Shown: positions 1 to 10,391 of the stretch, in pieces
Position numbering within the stretch: the stretch's first letter is position 1
How the letters are laid out: the number at the start of each line of letters is the position of its first letter
Assembly (NCBI GenBank): GCA_009784445.1
Contig: WRBQ01000002.1
Location: forward strand, 35,860 to 99,859
DNA length: 64,000 nucleotides
Reading direction: 5' to 3'
Source: Oscillospiraceae bacterium
Lineage (GTDB): Bacteria; Bacillota; Clostridia; Oscillospirales; Acutalibacteraceae
The notes under the pieces: generated by a model
Told to the model about the DNA's origin: nothing
Databases searched by the model: none
Seen by the model: only the letters and a program-made list of their open reading frames with translations
Translations under genes and position numbers: made by a program

Positions 1-138
1 AGGCTGCGTGATGAATATGGCGACGTGCAGGTGGCAGAATTTTACTCAGACTCGCACGCCGACACCCCCCTTGCAAGTATTGCTCAACAAGCATTTTTTG
101 TGCAGGGTGACGATATTACCCCTTGGAAATTTGGCTGA
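1..138 (+). CDS. 3' end of a HAD-IB-like hydrolase (partial, runs off the left edge)
   Basis: Frame 1 is open from base 1 to TGA at 136-138. It translates to ...FYSDSHADTPLASIAQQAFFVQGDDITPWKFG, resembling the YSDSxxDxPLL motif III region of HAD-IB phosphatases (recall only). Confidence 0.45.
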   Translation, partial: RLRDEYGDVQVAEFYSDSHADTPLASIAQQAFFVQGDDITPWKFG

Positions 139-164
139 TTGAACAAAATTAATTCCAAATGTTT

Positions 165-197
165 GCTGCCCTGTTCTGCGGGGCAGCGTTTTGCTTT
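165..197 (+). terminator. Rho-independent terminator after the partial upstream gene
   Basis: GCTGCCC (165-171) pairs with GGGCAGC (181-187) and is followed by GTTTTGCTTT. Confidence 0.6.
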
Positions 198-235
198 AAC
201 GCACAAAAAGCTTTGTAAATTTTATTAAATTTTTG

Positions 236-264
236 TTGACAAACGAGTTCTAGCGTGCTATAAT
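236..264 (+). promoter_or_regulatory. Consensus sigma-A type promoter of the giant surface protein gene
   Basis: TTGACA (236-241), 17-nt spacer, TGcTATAAT (256-264, extended -10). It lies 33 nt upstream of the ATG at 297. Confidence 0.7.
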
Positions 265-296
265 GTTGGTAACTAACTTTGGAGGAGTGTTTTGCG

Positions 297-3200
297 ATGA
301 AAAAGAAGGGTACGTATTTCCGGCGCAGCTTGAGTGTCCTGCTTTCGTTGGCATTGGTGTTCACCATGCTGATGATTGGCTTGACCAGTGCTGCAGGAGC
401 CCCGCACAGCTTTGATTATCTTCCGGGCGAGCCGCCGGCTGCAACGCCAGGGCTGACTTTCCTTGCGCCTGAGGTGATTTATCTAACACCAAGCAGGGCA
501 ACTGGACAAGTGGCTTGGCAGTTCTTTGCCGACCAATACTTGGATGGCACGCCGCGTGCGAACGTTGCAGAGCGCACAGTGGGTACGCTGTTCTTCAACT
601 ACGCCGGCGCAAGCTCGGTGGTGATTGAGTTGATTAACAATCCCGCGGGCGTAGCTGTGAATCACAATGCGATACCGAGTGGGACGACCACCGTGAACCA
701 CGACCTCACCGGTACCTCCACGCAACCGCCGGCACCCGGTGGTGGCTATTTGCTGACGTGGCGTGCTACCTATACGGTGGCTGGCGTTGCGCACACGGCC
801 TATACATTCAGCTATGTTTATCGCCCGGTCTACACCCCCACGGCGTGGGGCGTGCATGTACGCCGTGGCGGCGATCCAAACAGGGGCAGGGGTGCCACGC
901 ACATGTTTTGGGTGAACGGCCTGCATCGCAATTTTGATGGACCGCAGAGCTTGTTTGAGCCGACAAACGACGCCACGAATGGCATTCGTGGCGGAAATGA
1001 CACCGTGCGTAACCGCAGTTCGTTGTATACACTGCTACAGGGCCAAACTGGCCTTTGGAATGGCGCCAATGCAGTGACGCCGTTGCCGGGTAGCGCATGG
1101 AATAACGCCAGCTTTGGCGCCACCAATGATGACCGTCGCGGCCACGAAACGTACATTCGTGCCGGTGCGGGCACGGCGATGTTCACGCAAATTACCGGCG
1201 CTAATAACCAGTTTAATCCGCAAAACGTTGCAACCACAAACGTGGCTTGGATATCCAATAACTTAACAATTTCTTCGCAATTGGATGGCCCCGATACCAA
1301 CACAGGTTGCCCAATGAGGATGGTATACTGGCAAAGTTCTAACCACGCAGATGGGCACCTTTGGGTTGATACTTCTCGACATGCCCATTATGGTCAAATC
1401 CCCAATTTATCGACGTGGCTTGGCCGCACACGCACGGAACGTCCATTTTGGGGTGGTGGCGGTTCAGTCTGCCCACACTATTATTTCATTTCTTGGACGA
1501 ATAGAGATGAGATGTACGTTTCTGCTGCAGGCGGCGATCAGGCTGTCCGCATGGGCTATGGCCATCGCAGAGACACTGCGACAAGCCTATTCAGTTACCG
1601 TGGCCTTGCTTTTGAGACAACGGTTACTCACGCAAACCGTAGTAGTGTGCTCATTAATAACGACGCATGGTTTCAGCACAATGCTGCAACCAACCGTGAT
1701 CAAGGGCTGAATGGCATTGTGAGGGGTGGCGCGTGGAATAATATTCCAACGACTGAAACGCCGAATATTGTGTTTTCAGTACATCAGGAAAGCTTCTATA
1801 CTTCAGGCAATAGTCAATGGCGGTTTCGCACACAGTACCGCGCACAAATGAACATTAACCAAATTACGCATGACAACACTGCACTGCGCACGGCGTTTAA
1901 CGATGCCATTGCGTTGGGTCTGCAGCGCAATATGTTCCGTCCGATTGACTGGGATAACTACTTCACGGCGTTGACCAACGTAGCCATGGCGCTGATGCGC
2001 GTTGACTATGCCCCTGCAGATGTAAATGGCTTGATTGAATCACTCAATAGTGCAGTTACGCTGCTGCTTGACGAAATTTTTGATTTCACGCTTTCAACCT
2101 TGATTGTGGCGACAGCACAACACAGAAATATTCGCACAAACGCAAATATTTTCACGGAAAACCTAACGCCCCTGCGTCTTGTGGACGATTTCATCATCGG
2201 TCACCAGCAAGCAAACGCTTTGGGCACTAACAACTACTTCCTTAACAACCCCAGCAGTCTGTATAACGCACTACCCATCATCACTGATGCTGACGGCGGA
2301 GTTTACAGCTGGATATACGTTGAACAGTTTGACCCAACCTTGGATGACCCAAGCTTTGAGCCAACCGGCACAACGTTCCATGCCACGCATGACAATTTGC
2401 GTCAGGTTCAGCTAACTGATCCACACCCCATGGTTAGCGGCAACGTTACCCTCACGTGGCGTTTCTTCTATAGTCCGCGCATTCGTGTGCAATTTTTGGC
2501 CAACGGCGGCGTATTTGAAGGCGGCGCAACCACAAACAACATTTTCTATGCGCTTTCGGATGACGTGAGTGATCCGTTGCCAATTTACAACGCGCCTGCA
2601 ACCAACCAAGGCACGTATCGCCGGCCCACGCGTGCTGGTTATGCCTTCACAGGCTGGCGCTTGGTGGGGCTGGGCTGTGATTGCGATGACTGCGAATGCA
2701 CAGACTGCGACTGTGAAAACGATGTACCCGTTGGCGGGTTGATTAATACGGCAGGTGCCCTGCAACAAGACACGAACCATCGCTTGATTGCCGTTTGGGA
2801 AGAAGCCTTCACCCTGCGTTACGTGCTTAACAGTGGCGTATTGGCCAGTGGTGTTTCTCGTCCCGAACAAGTGATTATTATTGACGGCGACTGCGACATT
2901 CCGCTAACGCCCGAATGGCCTGCGGAAATTACGCGCCCCAACAGCGAATTGCTCTATTGGGCTCTGTATCGCTACAACACCGAAACGAGCGAGTTTGAGC
3001 GCGTCGGAGAATTTGATCCCGGCGAGAGTGTGGCTGATATGCTGCACGATATTGGTGAGCACCACGATGTGTTTGAACTGCGCGCGGTTTGGGAATCCAC
3101 ACCGCATGGTGTTCGTTTTATGCACAACGATGACACAACCAATTTCACTGACGAGCGCCGCGATTATGGCGAGGAGCTGGGTCCCTTCCCAACCCTGACC

Positions 3201-6200
3201 AGAGCTGGTTACCAGTTAATCGGCTGGGCAAGTGCGCCAACCGGCGGCACAGATGTATTTGCGGATTGTGTAGTGGAAGACGGCCTAGTTGGTTTTGATT
3301 ATACCATTGAATACCCTGATATTGCTGCAACGTTTTATGCGCTGTGGGCACCTAGCTACTTCACCGTGACTTTCCATGCCAACGGCAATGCAGCTGACCC
3401 CGTGACGGGAACCACGGATTCTCCACAAGATTTCGTGTTTGGCACCCCGCAGTATCTGAATGAAAACGGCTTTGCACGCGTGGGCTTCACGTTTGACGGC
3501 TGGGCACTCACGCCCACCGGCGTGGTTGAATTCACCGACGAACAAGAAGTAGAAGACCTCACTGACGTGCACGAAGGCAATGTTGACCTGTATGCCGTTT
3601 GGACACCGATTCAGTATATCGTATCGTATAACGCCAGACCGGGCGAAAATGTTTCGGGCAGCATGGCAAACACCACGCACGTTTATAACGTGGCGCAAAA
3701 TCTGCGTGCAAACACGTTGACCCGCCCGGGCCACACCTTCATTGGCTGGACGACAGAACCCTGTGTGAACTGCAACTGCGACCCTGATTGCGAGTGCGCG
3801 GTAGCCTGCGATTGTGCGGTTGCGTGCGATTGCATTGACTGTGATGATTGCGTGGATTGTAGCGAAGATTGCTTGAACTGCAGTGCTGCAGCCTGCTGCG
3901 AAACAGATTGCTGCGCAATTGCTTGCGACTGCACGACAGATTGCGACTGTGATGTAGAATTCACAGACGCACAATCTGTGGTGCGCCTAACCAGCGTAGC
4001 AAATGCAGAAATTCGTCTGTATGCCCTGTGGGCACCGCTGCCGTTCACCATCAACTTCATCAATGGCGAAACGCAAATTAGCACGGAAACAGAGTACTAT
4101 GGCGACGAAGTAACCGTGCCCGATTACACCGCGCTGACTCCGCCGACTGGCTATGAATTCGGCGGCTGGTGGACCACGCCCGCGCCGGTGGAAGACGTTG
4201 ACTGTGTTCGTGTGCTGCCAAATGTTGGGCCTTGGACAGTGAACAGCAATCTGCCGCTGAGCGAAGCCTCGCTGCTTGACAATGAAGTGCCCACGAATAT
4301 TTATGTTCGCTGGGTTGGACGTCAGCTGCCCGTGCATTGGCACCTTGATGGCGGGCACTATTATGACGATCCCACAAACACGGCGAATATCGAAACGTAC
4401 CAAACGTTCAATAGCACCTTCGAGCTGCCCAACCAACCTGTGCATCCCGACCCCAACATCACTTTTGTACGCTGGGTGCGCGATGTTGACCGCTCGCAAG
4501 TAATTACTGGCGATAGCGATGTGAACGCAACTACCCTAGATGCTTTGACGATTGAAACGGGAACCGTTCCAACTCTCATGCGTGCAGTGTGGAGATTTGC
4601 CGGCGAACACCACATTGAATACCACCTTGAAGGCGGCAATGTGAACGGCAACGCCAGCAGCCCCGTTCTGTTCAGCATGGAAGTTGATGACCAGTTCAGA
4701 ACGGCTGATGCAATTACTTGCGAAGAAGACGAAGCAGATTGCGAATGCCCGCGCCAAAACATGCCGCAAGACCCGGTGAAAACTGGCCACACCTTCTTGG
4801 GGTGGTTCAGCCAGCCACAGTTCTGCGATGAAGATGACGAAGATTGCGACTGCCCGATTTGCGAAGACGAAGCAGTGCGCATTCAGGCTGGCGACACCCT
4901 CACTGAAGAGCTGGTGGCAAATGTGATGGACGGCAATGTTCCCACACCGTTTTTTGCGCACTGGGCACCGGTTAACTACAATCTCGTGTTTGATCTGAAT
5001 GGCGGCAACATTGCCGGCAGCACCACAAACCCGACGATTGATGATATCCCCTTTGGCACTGAAATTGAACTGCCAACCGAACCCACCCGCGAAGGCTTCA
5101 CCTTTGGCGGTTGGTGGTTTGAAGTTGCAGATCCCGCCGCTGACGAGGAAATCTACGATGGCAGAGAGCTGTGCAACTTGATTTTGAGCGTTGAAAGCTT
5201 GGCCTTACCCGCCACGCCAACGATCTATGTTGCGCTGTGGATTCCGATTGATTACCAAGTTGTGTTTGACCTGCAGGGCGGTAGCATGTGCGGTGATTTT
5301 GATGACTGCGATTGTGATGACCCGACCGACACCGTGCAGTTTGATGATTACTTCGTTCTGCCTGCCCCAGAACCCACCCGCTTTGGCTACACCTTCGTGG
5401 GCTGGTTCACACAACCGGGCGGCGACGGCGATGAAATTGATGAAGACACCGTAGCGGGTGAAGACAACCTCAACTTGACTAACGGCGACTACGTTGACGT
5501 TTGCGAGTGCGTACCATGCGGTGAAGAAGAACCCGATTGCCTGTGCGAACCCTGTGAACCCGAATGGCAATTAGATCCCACGCGTTTCTATGCGCACTGG
5601 GTGGCACAAACAGCTACACTGACCTTCAACCCGCAAGGCGGCACGCAAAACCGCAACAGTCAAGCCATCACGTTTGGCGAAGCTTTGGGTGCAGCGCACA
5701 TGGTTGACGATGAACCCACACTGGCCACCGCAACCCGCACCGGTTTTGACTTCATTGGCTGGCATGATTTGCCACAAGACCATGCCGACGCAGCTGATGC
5801 TGTGGAATGGGAAGCCGATTGCGACGTGGACTTCGAAGGCAACAAGACCCTGCATGCATGGTGGCAAGCGCAGGAATTCAGGTTATACTTCACCTGCGAC
5901 TATGCAACGCCGAGTGAAGACTATATCGACACCGTGTTTGACGAAGCATTTGGCTATATGGCAACCATTGAACGTCCCGGCTATGTATTCGACGGCTGGT
6001 TTGTGGACGGTGAAGAAATTGACGAAGATTCGATACACGATGTGGCGGCGGATATTACCGCTGTGGCACGTTGGACCCCACGCGAGTTCGTGTTCGACTT
6101 CATTGGCAACGGCGGTCTGCCCAGCACCTATGGTGTGTCGCAAACCTACGACACAACGGTGAACTTCCCTGCCAATGCCAACCTGCCCACAAAAGAGGGT

Positions 6201-7973
6201 CACAGGCTGCTTGGCTGGAACACCGAGTATGACGGCAGCGGCACCGAAGTTAATGCCACCACCATCGTCAACGTGGATATCATCAACCCGTTTGCTATGG
6301 CGGACAACATGGCTAACAGCGATATCCCCACCCGCATTTATGCACAGTGGGCACTCGTTGAGTTTAACTTGAGATTTGACCTGCAAGGCGGTAACATTGG
6401 CGGCAATGAAAATAACATTGACACGACCGTGGAATGGGGCCAACGCTATGAGCAAGCCCTGCTGTGGCCGGGCGAAGACCCAGCCGTGATTGTGCGCGAT
6501 GATTATGTGTTCGTGGGCTGGTACACCACGCCGCTCACTGGCGGCAGCCGCATTGTTGGCTCGATGTACGTGCCGACCACGCTGCCCTTGCCGCCCGGCG
6601 TAACTACGCTGTATGCCCGCTGGTTCCCGGCAGACCACTATGCCTACTACGTGCATGTGTATCTGGAGGAAGCTGATGGCACGTTCACGCGCTACACCAG
6701 CCAGCGGTACTATGCGCACATTGACAGCACGGTAACACGCGATGGCGATTACTGGGGCGATGCATTCTTCGTGTTTGACGCAGGCAACCCAGACAATGTG
6801 CTGTCTGCCCCCATGACGAATGACGGCTCAACGGAACTGATTCTGCACTATCGCCGCATGACGGTGAGACTGTATGTGGATCTCAATGGCGAAGGTGCCG
6901 AGATTGCACCGAACCCGGCAGGCGAATATCGCTGGGGCCAACAGCTGACGGTGGTTGAACCCACACGTCCGGGCTGGAGATTTGATGGCTGGCGCGTGAT
7001 TGGTGCTGGCTCTGAAATGACTGATGATGAACTCATCTTGGGTCGTGTGGATACGACCATCATCGCGCAATGGCAAACCGCGCCAATTGCCGTGGTGCGC
7101 CAAGTGGATAACCATGCATTCTACGATACCTTGGTTGTGGAACTTGGCATGCCGCTGAACACGCATGGTGTTCCAACTGATCCCGTTTTGGCTGGCTGGC
7201 ATTTCCTTGGCTGGTCGCAAGATTTGGGCGAAACATTCCTCACCGAATATTGTAGGATTATGCGCCTTGACCCGATTGACGCAATTTTTGCGCGCGTGTA
7301 CACGGTGACCTACGATGCGACCTATGGTGAAATTATAACCGAAGGCGGCCAGACTACCGTGCGTCAAGTCTGGTATGGCGGCAGATTTGGCCAAGGTTTG
7401 GGCGGCGGTGAATCGGTGCCCGGTGCCGAGCGTGCGGAATATGTGTTCGCTGGCTGGTTCTTGAATCACAATGATGAAGAGATTCAGGTGTTCACCAACA
7501 CCGTGGTTCCGCGCTTGAACGCTCTGCCCACGCATAACCCCAGCGGCAGCGTGCTTGCGCTGAGCGATGTAATCATCGACACCGATGCGGTGATTGAAGC
7601 GCGCTGGGATTGGCTGCGCTGCCCCAATCACCCTGAACCTCCCAATGAGTTCCCGTGGTGGATTCTACTGCTGATTGGTATTCCTGCAGCGCTTGTGGTC
7701 GTCATTGGGCTTATCCTAGCACCAGTGCTAATGATTTTGGCAGCGTTGCTGCCCGGTCGCCTGCTGTGCTGGCATTGGGAAAACTGTGACCCTGCCACAC
7801 AAACGGTACAGGTGCAGCAACCGCTGCAAGGCGTAGTAGACCAACTGGTGGAAGTGACGCAAACCAATAGTGTGGTTTGGGGCCTTTCGCTGCTGGTGTT
7901 GCTGATTGCTGGTGGCGCGCTAACTTGGCTGCTGCTGCAACGCCGCAAACAAAGTAAAGTCGTTGGTGAATAA
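297..7973 (+). CDS. Giant secreted/membrane-anchored surface protein with about 17 Listeria-Bacteroides (Flg_new type) repeats and Cys/Asp/Glu-rich inserts
   Basis: ATG 297 follows GGAGGA (281-286). The N-terminus has a signal-like segment, LSVLLSLALVFTMLMIGLTSAAG. A roughly 640-aa N-terminal region is not recognised. About 17 repeats then carry G[YF]xFxGW ... LYAxW signatures. Two C-terminal hydrophobic segments and an RRKQSK tail follow, and no LPXTG motif is seen. Confidence 0.9.
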   Translation: MKKKGTYFRRSLSVLLSLALVFTMLMIGLTSAAGAPHSFDYLPGEPPAATPGLTFLAPEVIYLTPSRATGQVAWQFFADQYLDGTPRANVAERTVGTLFFNYAGASSVVIELINNPAGVAVNHNAIPSGTTTVNHDLTGTSTQPPAPGGGYLLTWRATYTVAGVAHTAYTFSYVYRPVYTPTAWGVHVRRGGDPNRGRGATHMFWVNGLHRNFDGPQSLFEPTNDATNGIRGGNDTVRNRSSLYTLLQGQTGLWNGANAVTPLPGSAWNNASFGATNDDRRGHETYIRAGAGTAMFTQITGANNQFNPQNVATTNVAWISNNLTISSQLDGPDTNTGCPMRMVYWQSSNHADGHLWVDTSRHAHYGQIPNLSTWLGRTRTERPFWGGGGSVCPHYYFISWTNRDEMYVSAAGGDQAVRMGYGHRRDTATSLFSYRGLAFETTVTHANRSSVLINNDAWFQHNAATNRDQGLNGIVRGGAWNNIPTTETPNIVFSVHQESFYTSGNSQWRFRTQYRAQMNINQITHDNTALRTAFNDAIALGLQRNMFRPIDWDNYFTALTNVAMALMRVDYAPADVNGLIESLNSAVTLLLDEIFDFTLSTLIVATAQHRNIRTNANIFTENLTPLRLVDDFIIGHQQANALGTNNYFLNNPSSLYNALPIITDADGGVYSWIYVEQFDPTLDDPSFEPTGTTFHATHDNLRQVQLTDPHPMVSGNVTLTWRFFYSPRIRVQFLANGGVFEGGATTNNIFYALSDDVSDPLPIYNAPATNQGTYRRPTRAGYAFTGWRLVGLGCDCDDCECTDCDCENDVPVGGLINTAGALQQDTNHRLIAVWEEAFTLRYVLNSGVLASGVSRPEQVIIIDGDCDIPLTPEWPAEITRPNSELLYWALYRYNTETSEFERVGEFDPGESVADMLHDIGEHHDVFELRAVWESTPHGVRFMHNDDTTNFTDERRDYGEELGPFPTLTRAGYQLIGWASAPTGGTDVFADCVVEDGLVGFDYTIEYPDIAATFYALWAPSYFTVTFHANGNAADPVTGTTDSPQDFVFGTPQYLNENGFARVGFTFDGWALTPTGVVEFTDEQEVEDLTDVHEGNVDLYAVWTPIQYIVSYNARPGENVSGSMANTTHVYNVAQNLRANTLTRPGHTFIGWTTEPCVNCNCDPDCECAVACDCAVACDCIDCDDCVDCSEDCLNCSAAACCETDCCAIACDCTTDCDCDVEFTDAQSVVRLTSVANAEIRLYALWAPLPFTINFINGETQISTETEYYGDEVTVPDYTALTPPTGYEFGGWWTTPAPVEDVDCVRVLPNVGPWTVNSNLPLSEASLLDNEVPTNIYVRWVGRQLPVHWHLDGGHYYDDPTNTANIETYQTFNSTFELPNQPVHPDPNITFVRWVRDVDRSQVITGDSDVNATTLDALTIETGTVPTLMRAVWRFAGEHHIEYHLEGGNVNGNASSPVLFSMEVDDQFRTADAITCEEDEADCECPRQNMPQDPVKTGHTFLGWFSQPQFCDEDDEDCDCPICEDEAVRIQAGDTLTEELVANVMDGNVPTPFFAHWAPVNYNLVFDLNGGNIAGSTTNPTIDDIPFGTEIELPTEPTREGFTFGGWWFEVADPAADEEIYDGRELCNLILSVESLALPATPTIYVALWIPIDYQVVFDLQGGSMCGDFDDCDCDDPTDTVQFDDYFVLPAPEPTRFGYTFVGWFTQPGGDGDEIDEDTVAGEDNLNLTNGDYVDVCECVPCGEEEPDCLCEPCEPEWQLDPTRFYAHWVAQTATLTFNPQGGTQNRNSQAITFGEALGAAHMVDDEPTLATATRTGFDFIGWHDLPQDHADAADAVEWEADCDVDFEGNKTLHAWWQAQEFRLYFTCDYATPSEDYIDTVFDEAFGYMATIERPGYVFDGWFVDGEEIDEDSIHDVAADITAVARWTPREFVFDFIGNGGLPSTYGVSQTYDTTVNFPANANLPTKEGHRLLGWNTEYDGSGTEVNATTIVNVDIINPFAMADNMANSDIPTRIYAQWALVEFNLRFDLQGGNIGGNENNIDTTVEWGQRYEQALLWPGEDPAVIVRDDYVFVGWYTTPLTGGSRIVGSMYVPTTLPLPPGVTTLYARWFPADHYAYYVHVYLEEADGTFTRYTSQRYYAHIDSTVTRDGDYWGDAFFVFDAGNPDNVLSAPMTNDGSTELILHYRRMTVRLYVDLNGEGAEIAPNPAGEYRWGQQLTVVEPTRPGWRFDGWRVIGAGSEMTDDELILGRVDTTIIAQWQTAPIAVVRQVDNHAFYDTLVVELGMPLNTHGVPTDPVLAGWHFLGWSQDLGETFLTEYCRIMRLDPIDAIFARVYTVTYDATYGEIITEGGQTTVRQVWYGGRFGQGLGGGESVPGAERAEYVFAGWFLNHNDEEIQVFTNTVVPRLNALPTHNPSGSVLALSDVIIDTDAVIEARWDWLRCPNHPEPPNEFPWWILLLIGIPAALVVVIGLILAPVLMILAALLPGRLLCWHWENCDPATQTVQVQQPLQGVVDQLVEVTQTNSVVWGLSLLVLLIAGGALTWLLLQRRKQSKVVGE

Positions 7974-7976
7974 CCC

Positions 7977-8768
7977 ATGCGAAAACTTGTTTTGATTATG
8001 CTTACGCTTGCCTTGGCTGCGGGTCTAACCGCCTGCAGCCGGGCAGGCGACCCTTTTAGACCACAATATGGTGGAGAAATAATCGCAGTGCAGCGGCAAA
8101 ATGTGCTACAAAGCCGCACGGTGACGCACGAGGTTTTTTTGCAAATGCTGCAGCGCATGCCGGATTATCAACCGATTTCACGCAGCTATATGGTGCAGCG
8201 GCAGCAGATTTTCCGTGATCATTTCAGCCGGGTAGTGTACTACGCTTATCCGCGATTCACGGCGAGCACTCTCGAGAACCCTGCACGGCGACAAATTAAC
8301 CGCTACTATCGTGCGCGGCAGCGTGAAAACAACGCACTACGTGACTTTGAATGGCTGCGCGGGCTGGAAGAGATTGCCGACACCACTGACCAAGAGTTGC
8401 GCTATCGTTTGCAGGTTTACACTGTGCAGCTGCTGGAGGACTACGTGGCAGTACGGTTTCGGCGCAGTTATCACACGGCGGGCGGCGTTGTGAATACCAC
8501 ACTACTGGGTGATGTGTTTTGCCGCCACACTGGCGAAAAATTAACCCTAGATGCCATCATCGATGTGGACGCACGCGCGGCGGAAATTAACCTTGCCGTG
8601 GCCAATTACCTGCGTGTGCGTGATATTCATGTGCACCAGCCATTTGATGTGCTGGCGTGGGATGATTTGCAGTTCACCCTTGTGCCGCAAGGCATTGTGC
8701 TGATGTTTTCGCCCGGTGAATTGGCACCGCGCGCAGTTGGCGTGATTGAAGTGACGATACCTTGGTAA
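7977..8768 (+). CDS. Lipoprotein, DUF3298/RsiV-like C-terminal region (tentative)
   Basis: Lipobox LAAGLTAC at the N-terminus. The ATG lies 3 nt after the TAA of the giant gene, which suggests translational coupling. The C-terminal ...FSPGELAPRAVGVIEVTIPW resembles the DUF3298 ending (recall only). Confidence 0.7.
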   Translation: MRKLVLIMLTLALAAGLTACSRAGDPFRPQYGGEIIAVQRQNVLQSRTVTHEVFLQMLQRMPDYQPISRSYMVQRQQIFRDHFSRVVYYAYPRFTASTLENPARRQINRYYRARQRENNALRDFEWLRGLEEIADTTDQELRYRLQVYTVQLLEDYVAVRFRRSYHTAGGVVNTTLLGDVFCRHTGEKLTLDAIIDVDARAAEINLAVANYLRVRDIHVHQPFDVLAWDDLQFTLVPQGIVLMFSPGELAPRAVGVIEVTIPW

Positions 8769-8921
8769 AATTTGCACTTGTGGTGCGGATATCAATAAGG
8801 GTTTTGTCGCGGGAACAAAAAAACACGCACTCACGGAAGTAAGTGCGCGATTTTGTGAGTGGCGACTCGCCACCGGGGCGACCATCTCGGTCGCCCTTGA
8901 ATGATGTGTCTTGGAGGAAAC

Positions 8922-9536
8922 ATGAACGTACTTTTACTCAACGGCAGCCCAAATGCTGCGGGCTGCACCTTCACCTCGCTTAACATCATCAAAGAACAAC
9001 TGGCGATGCACGGCGTGGCCGCGGAAATTCATCACATTGGCAGCGAACCTGTGCAGGGCTGCACCAACTGCAAAGCTTGCTTTAAATTAAAACAGTGCGT
9101 ATTTAATGACCAAGTGAATGAACTTGCCAGCAAGCTTAACGGTGCCGACGGCATGATCATCGGCTCGCCGGTGTATTATGCAGCGGCAAATGGTGCGCTC
9201 ACGGCGCTGCTAGACCGCCTGTTTTTCAGCACGCCGGTGAACGTGAAACGCATGAAATTCGGCGCTTGCGTGGTGAATTGCCGCCGTGGTGGCAACAGCG
9301 CAGCGTTTGATCAGCTCAACAAGTACTTCACCATTTCGGAAATGCCGCTGGTGTCGTCGTGCTATTGGAACGGCACGCACGGCTTTGTGCCCGAAGAAAT
9401 GCTGCGTGATGCCGAGGGGCTGCGCATCCTTAAGGTGTTGGCAAACAACATGGCTTATTTGACCAAGTGCAAGCACGCGGCTGCGCTGCCGCTGCCCGAA
9501 AAAGAACCCTTCGTGATGACTCACTTCATCAACTAA
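8922..9536 (+). CDS. NADPH-dependent FMN reductase / iron-sulfur flavoprotein-like protein
   Basis: GGAGGA lies before ATG 8922. MNVLLLNGSPN...GSPVYYAAANGALTALLDRLF is typical of the flavodoxin-like FMN reductase family. A compact CTNCKACFKLKQC motif (CX2CX2CX5C) matches Isf-type proteins. Confidence 0.8.
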   Translation: MNVLLLNGSPNAAGCTFTSLNIIKEQLAMHGVAAEIHHIGSEPVQGCTNCKACFKLKQCVFNDQVNELASKLNGADGMIIGSPVYYAAANGALTALLDRLFFSTPVNVKRMKFGACVVNCRRGGNSAAFDQLNKYFTISEMPLVSSCYWNGTHGFVPEEMLRDAEGLRILKVLANNMAYLTKCKHAAALPLPEKEPFVMTHFIN

Positions 9537-9546
9537 TATCAAAAAA

Positions 9547-9574
9547 CTCGGTTGCCAAGCAGCCGAGTTTTTTA
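9547..9574 (+). terminator. Rho-independent terminator
   Basis: CTCGGTTGC / GCAGCCGAG stem followed by a T7 run. Confidence 0.8.
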
Positions 9575-9638
9575 TTTTTGCTGAGGAAATTCGCCTGCGA
9601 ATGCGACTGAATGGGTAGACAGATTAAGGAGGGCGTGT

Positions 9639-10310
9639 ATGAAAAAGTTGTGTGTTGTGGTGGCGTTGCTGATTGTGTTTACGCTGCCGGCGGCGGCATG
9701 TTGGCTGCCACCCGAATCGTTTGAAGCACATGCGGACTACGCAGGGCGCGTGTTCACCTTTGAACCTGCCGATTGGGAAATTGACGCCACCGCTAGCGTG
9801 AGCTTGAGTGATGCGGCCGGCGAAGAAATTTGGCGCATCGATGATTTCCCGCCTTTGGCGTTTGAGAGCAGCTTTGCGTTTTCGCACTGCATGAACGAAT
9901 TCGCCTTTTTTGTGCCGAATTCACACGTTTATGCGCTGAAGCTTTACGCTGACGGCGAGCTGCAATTTGTATACCGCGTGGATGATTTCATCACGATTGA
10001 TGAAGATGCGCCAATGCTTTCCATCGGCCACCACTGGCTAGAGGCGCGCGACTTTGACCCCGACACAAACCTGTTGACTCTCACCACTGTGCAGGGTGAT
10101 GTGCATGTATTGGATCTGTCGCGCCGCGCTGAAGCGCATATTGAGCCAACTTTAGAGAACCGCGAAGTGGGGGGCTACGCCGCAGGTAGCCGCGATAATC
10201 TGATGGTGGTGCTTGATGTCACCCCGCAGGGCGTTGTGTATTCACTGTTGGCTATCGCAACGGTTGCGCTTGCTGTGGCTGCACTGCGCAAAAAAATGAA
10301 AAAAGCCTGA
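9639..10310 (+). CDS. Hypothetical secreted/membrane-anchored protein
   Basis: AAGGAGG lies before the ATG. It has an N-terminal signal-like segment (VVVALLIVFTLPAAAC) and a C-terminal hydrophobic helix plus an RKKMKKA tail. No family was recognised. Confidence 0.65.
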   Translation: MKKLCVVVALLIVFTLPAAACWLPPESFEAHADYAGRVFTFEPADWEIDATASVSLSDAAGEEIWRIDDFPPLAFESSFAFSHCMNEFAFFVPNSHVYALKLYADGELQFVYRVDDFITIDEDAPMLSIGHHWLEARDFDPDTNLLTLTTVQGDVHVLDLSRRAEAHIEPTLENREVGGYAAGSRDNLMVVLDVTPQGVVYSLLAIATVALAVAALRKKMKKA

Positions 10311-10391
10311 GGAAATTTATGCCTTTGTGCGACAGAATAGATAGAAGCATGAAAAGTTGTGGTGCGCAGCGGCCATTTGCGTTGCGCAAAC

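Noticed and set aside
483-7631. Many 60-280-aa ORFs on the minus strand and in alternative plus frames inside the giant surface protein gene
   Set aside because: They are shadow ORFs of a long GC-biased coding frame. Their translations are Arg/Ala/Gly/His-rich and non-protein-like, and none has an RBS or a recognisable motif.
8874-8894. The hairpin GGGCGACC-ATCTC-GGTCGCCC upstream of the flavoprotein gene
   Set aside because: It has no T-run and no recognisable riboswitch-like conserved elements. It is possibly a structural or regulatory hairpin, but this is not supportable.
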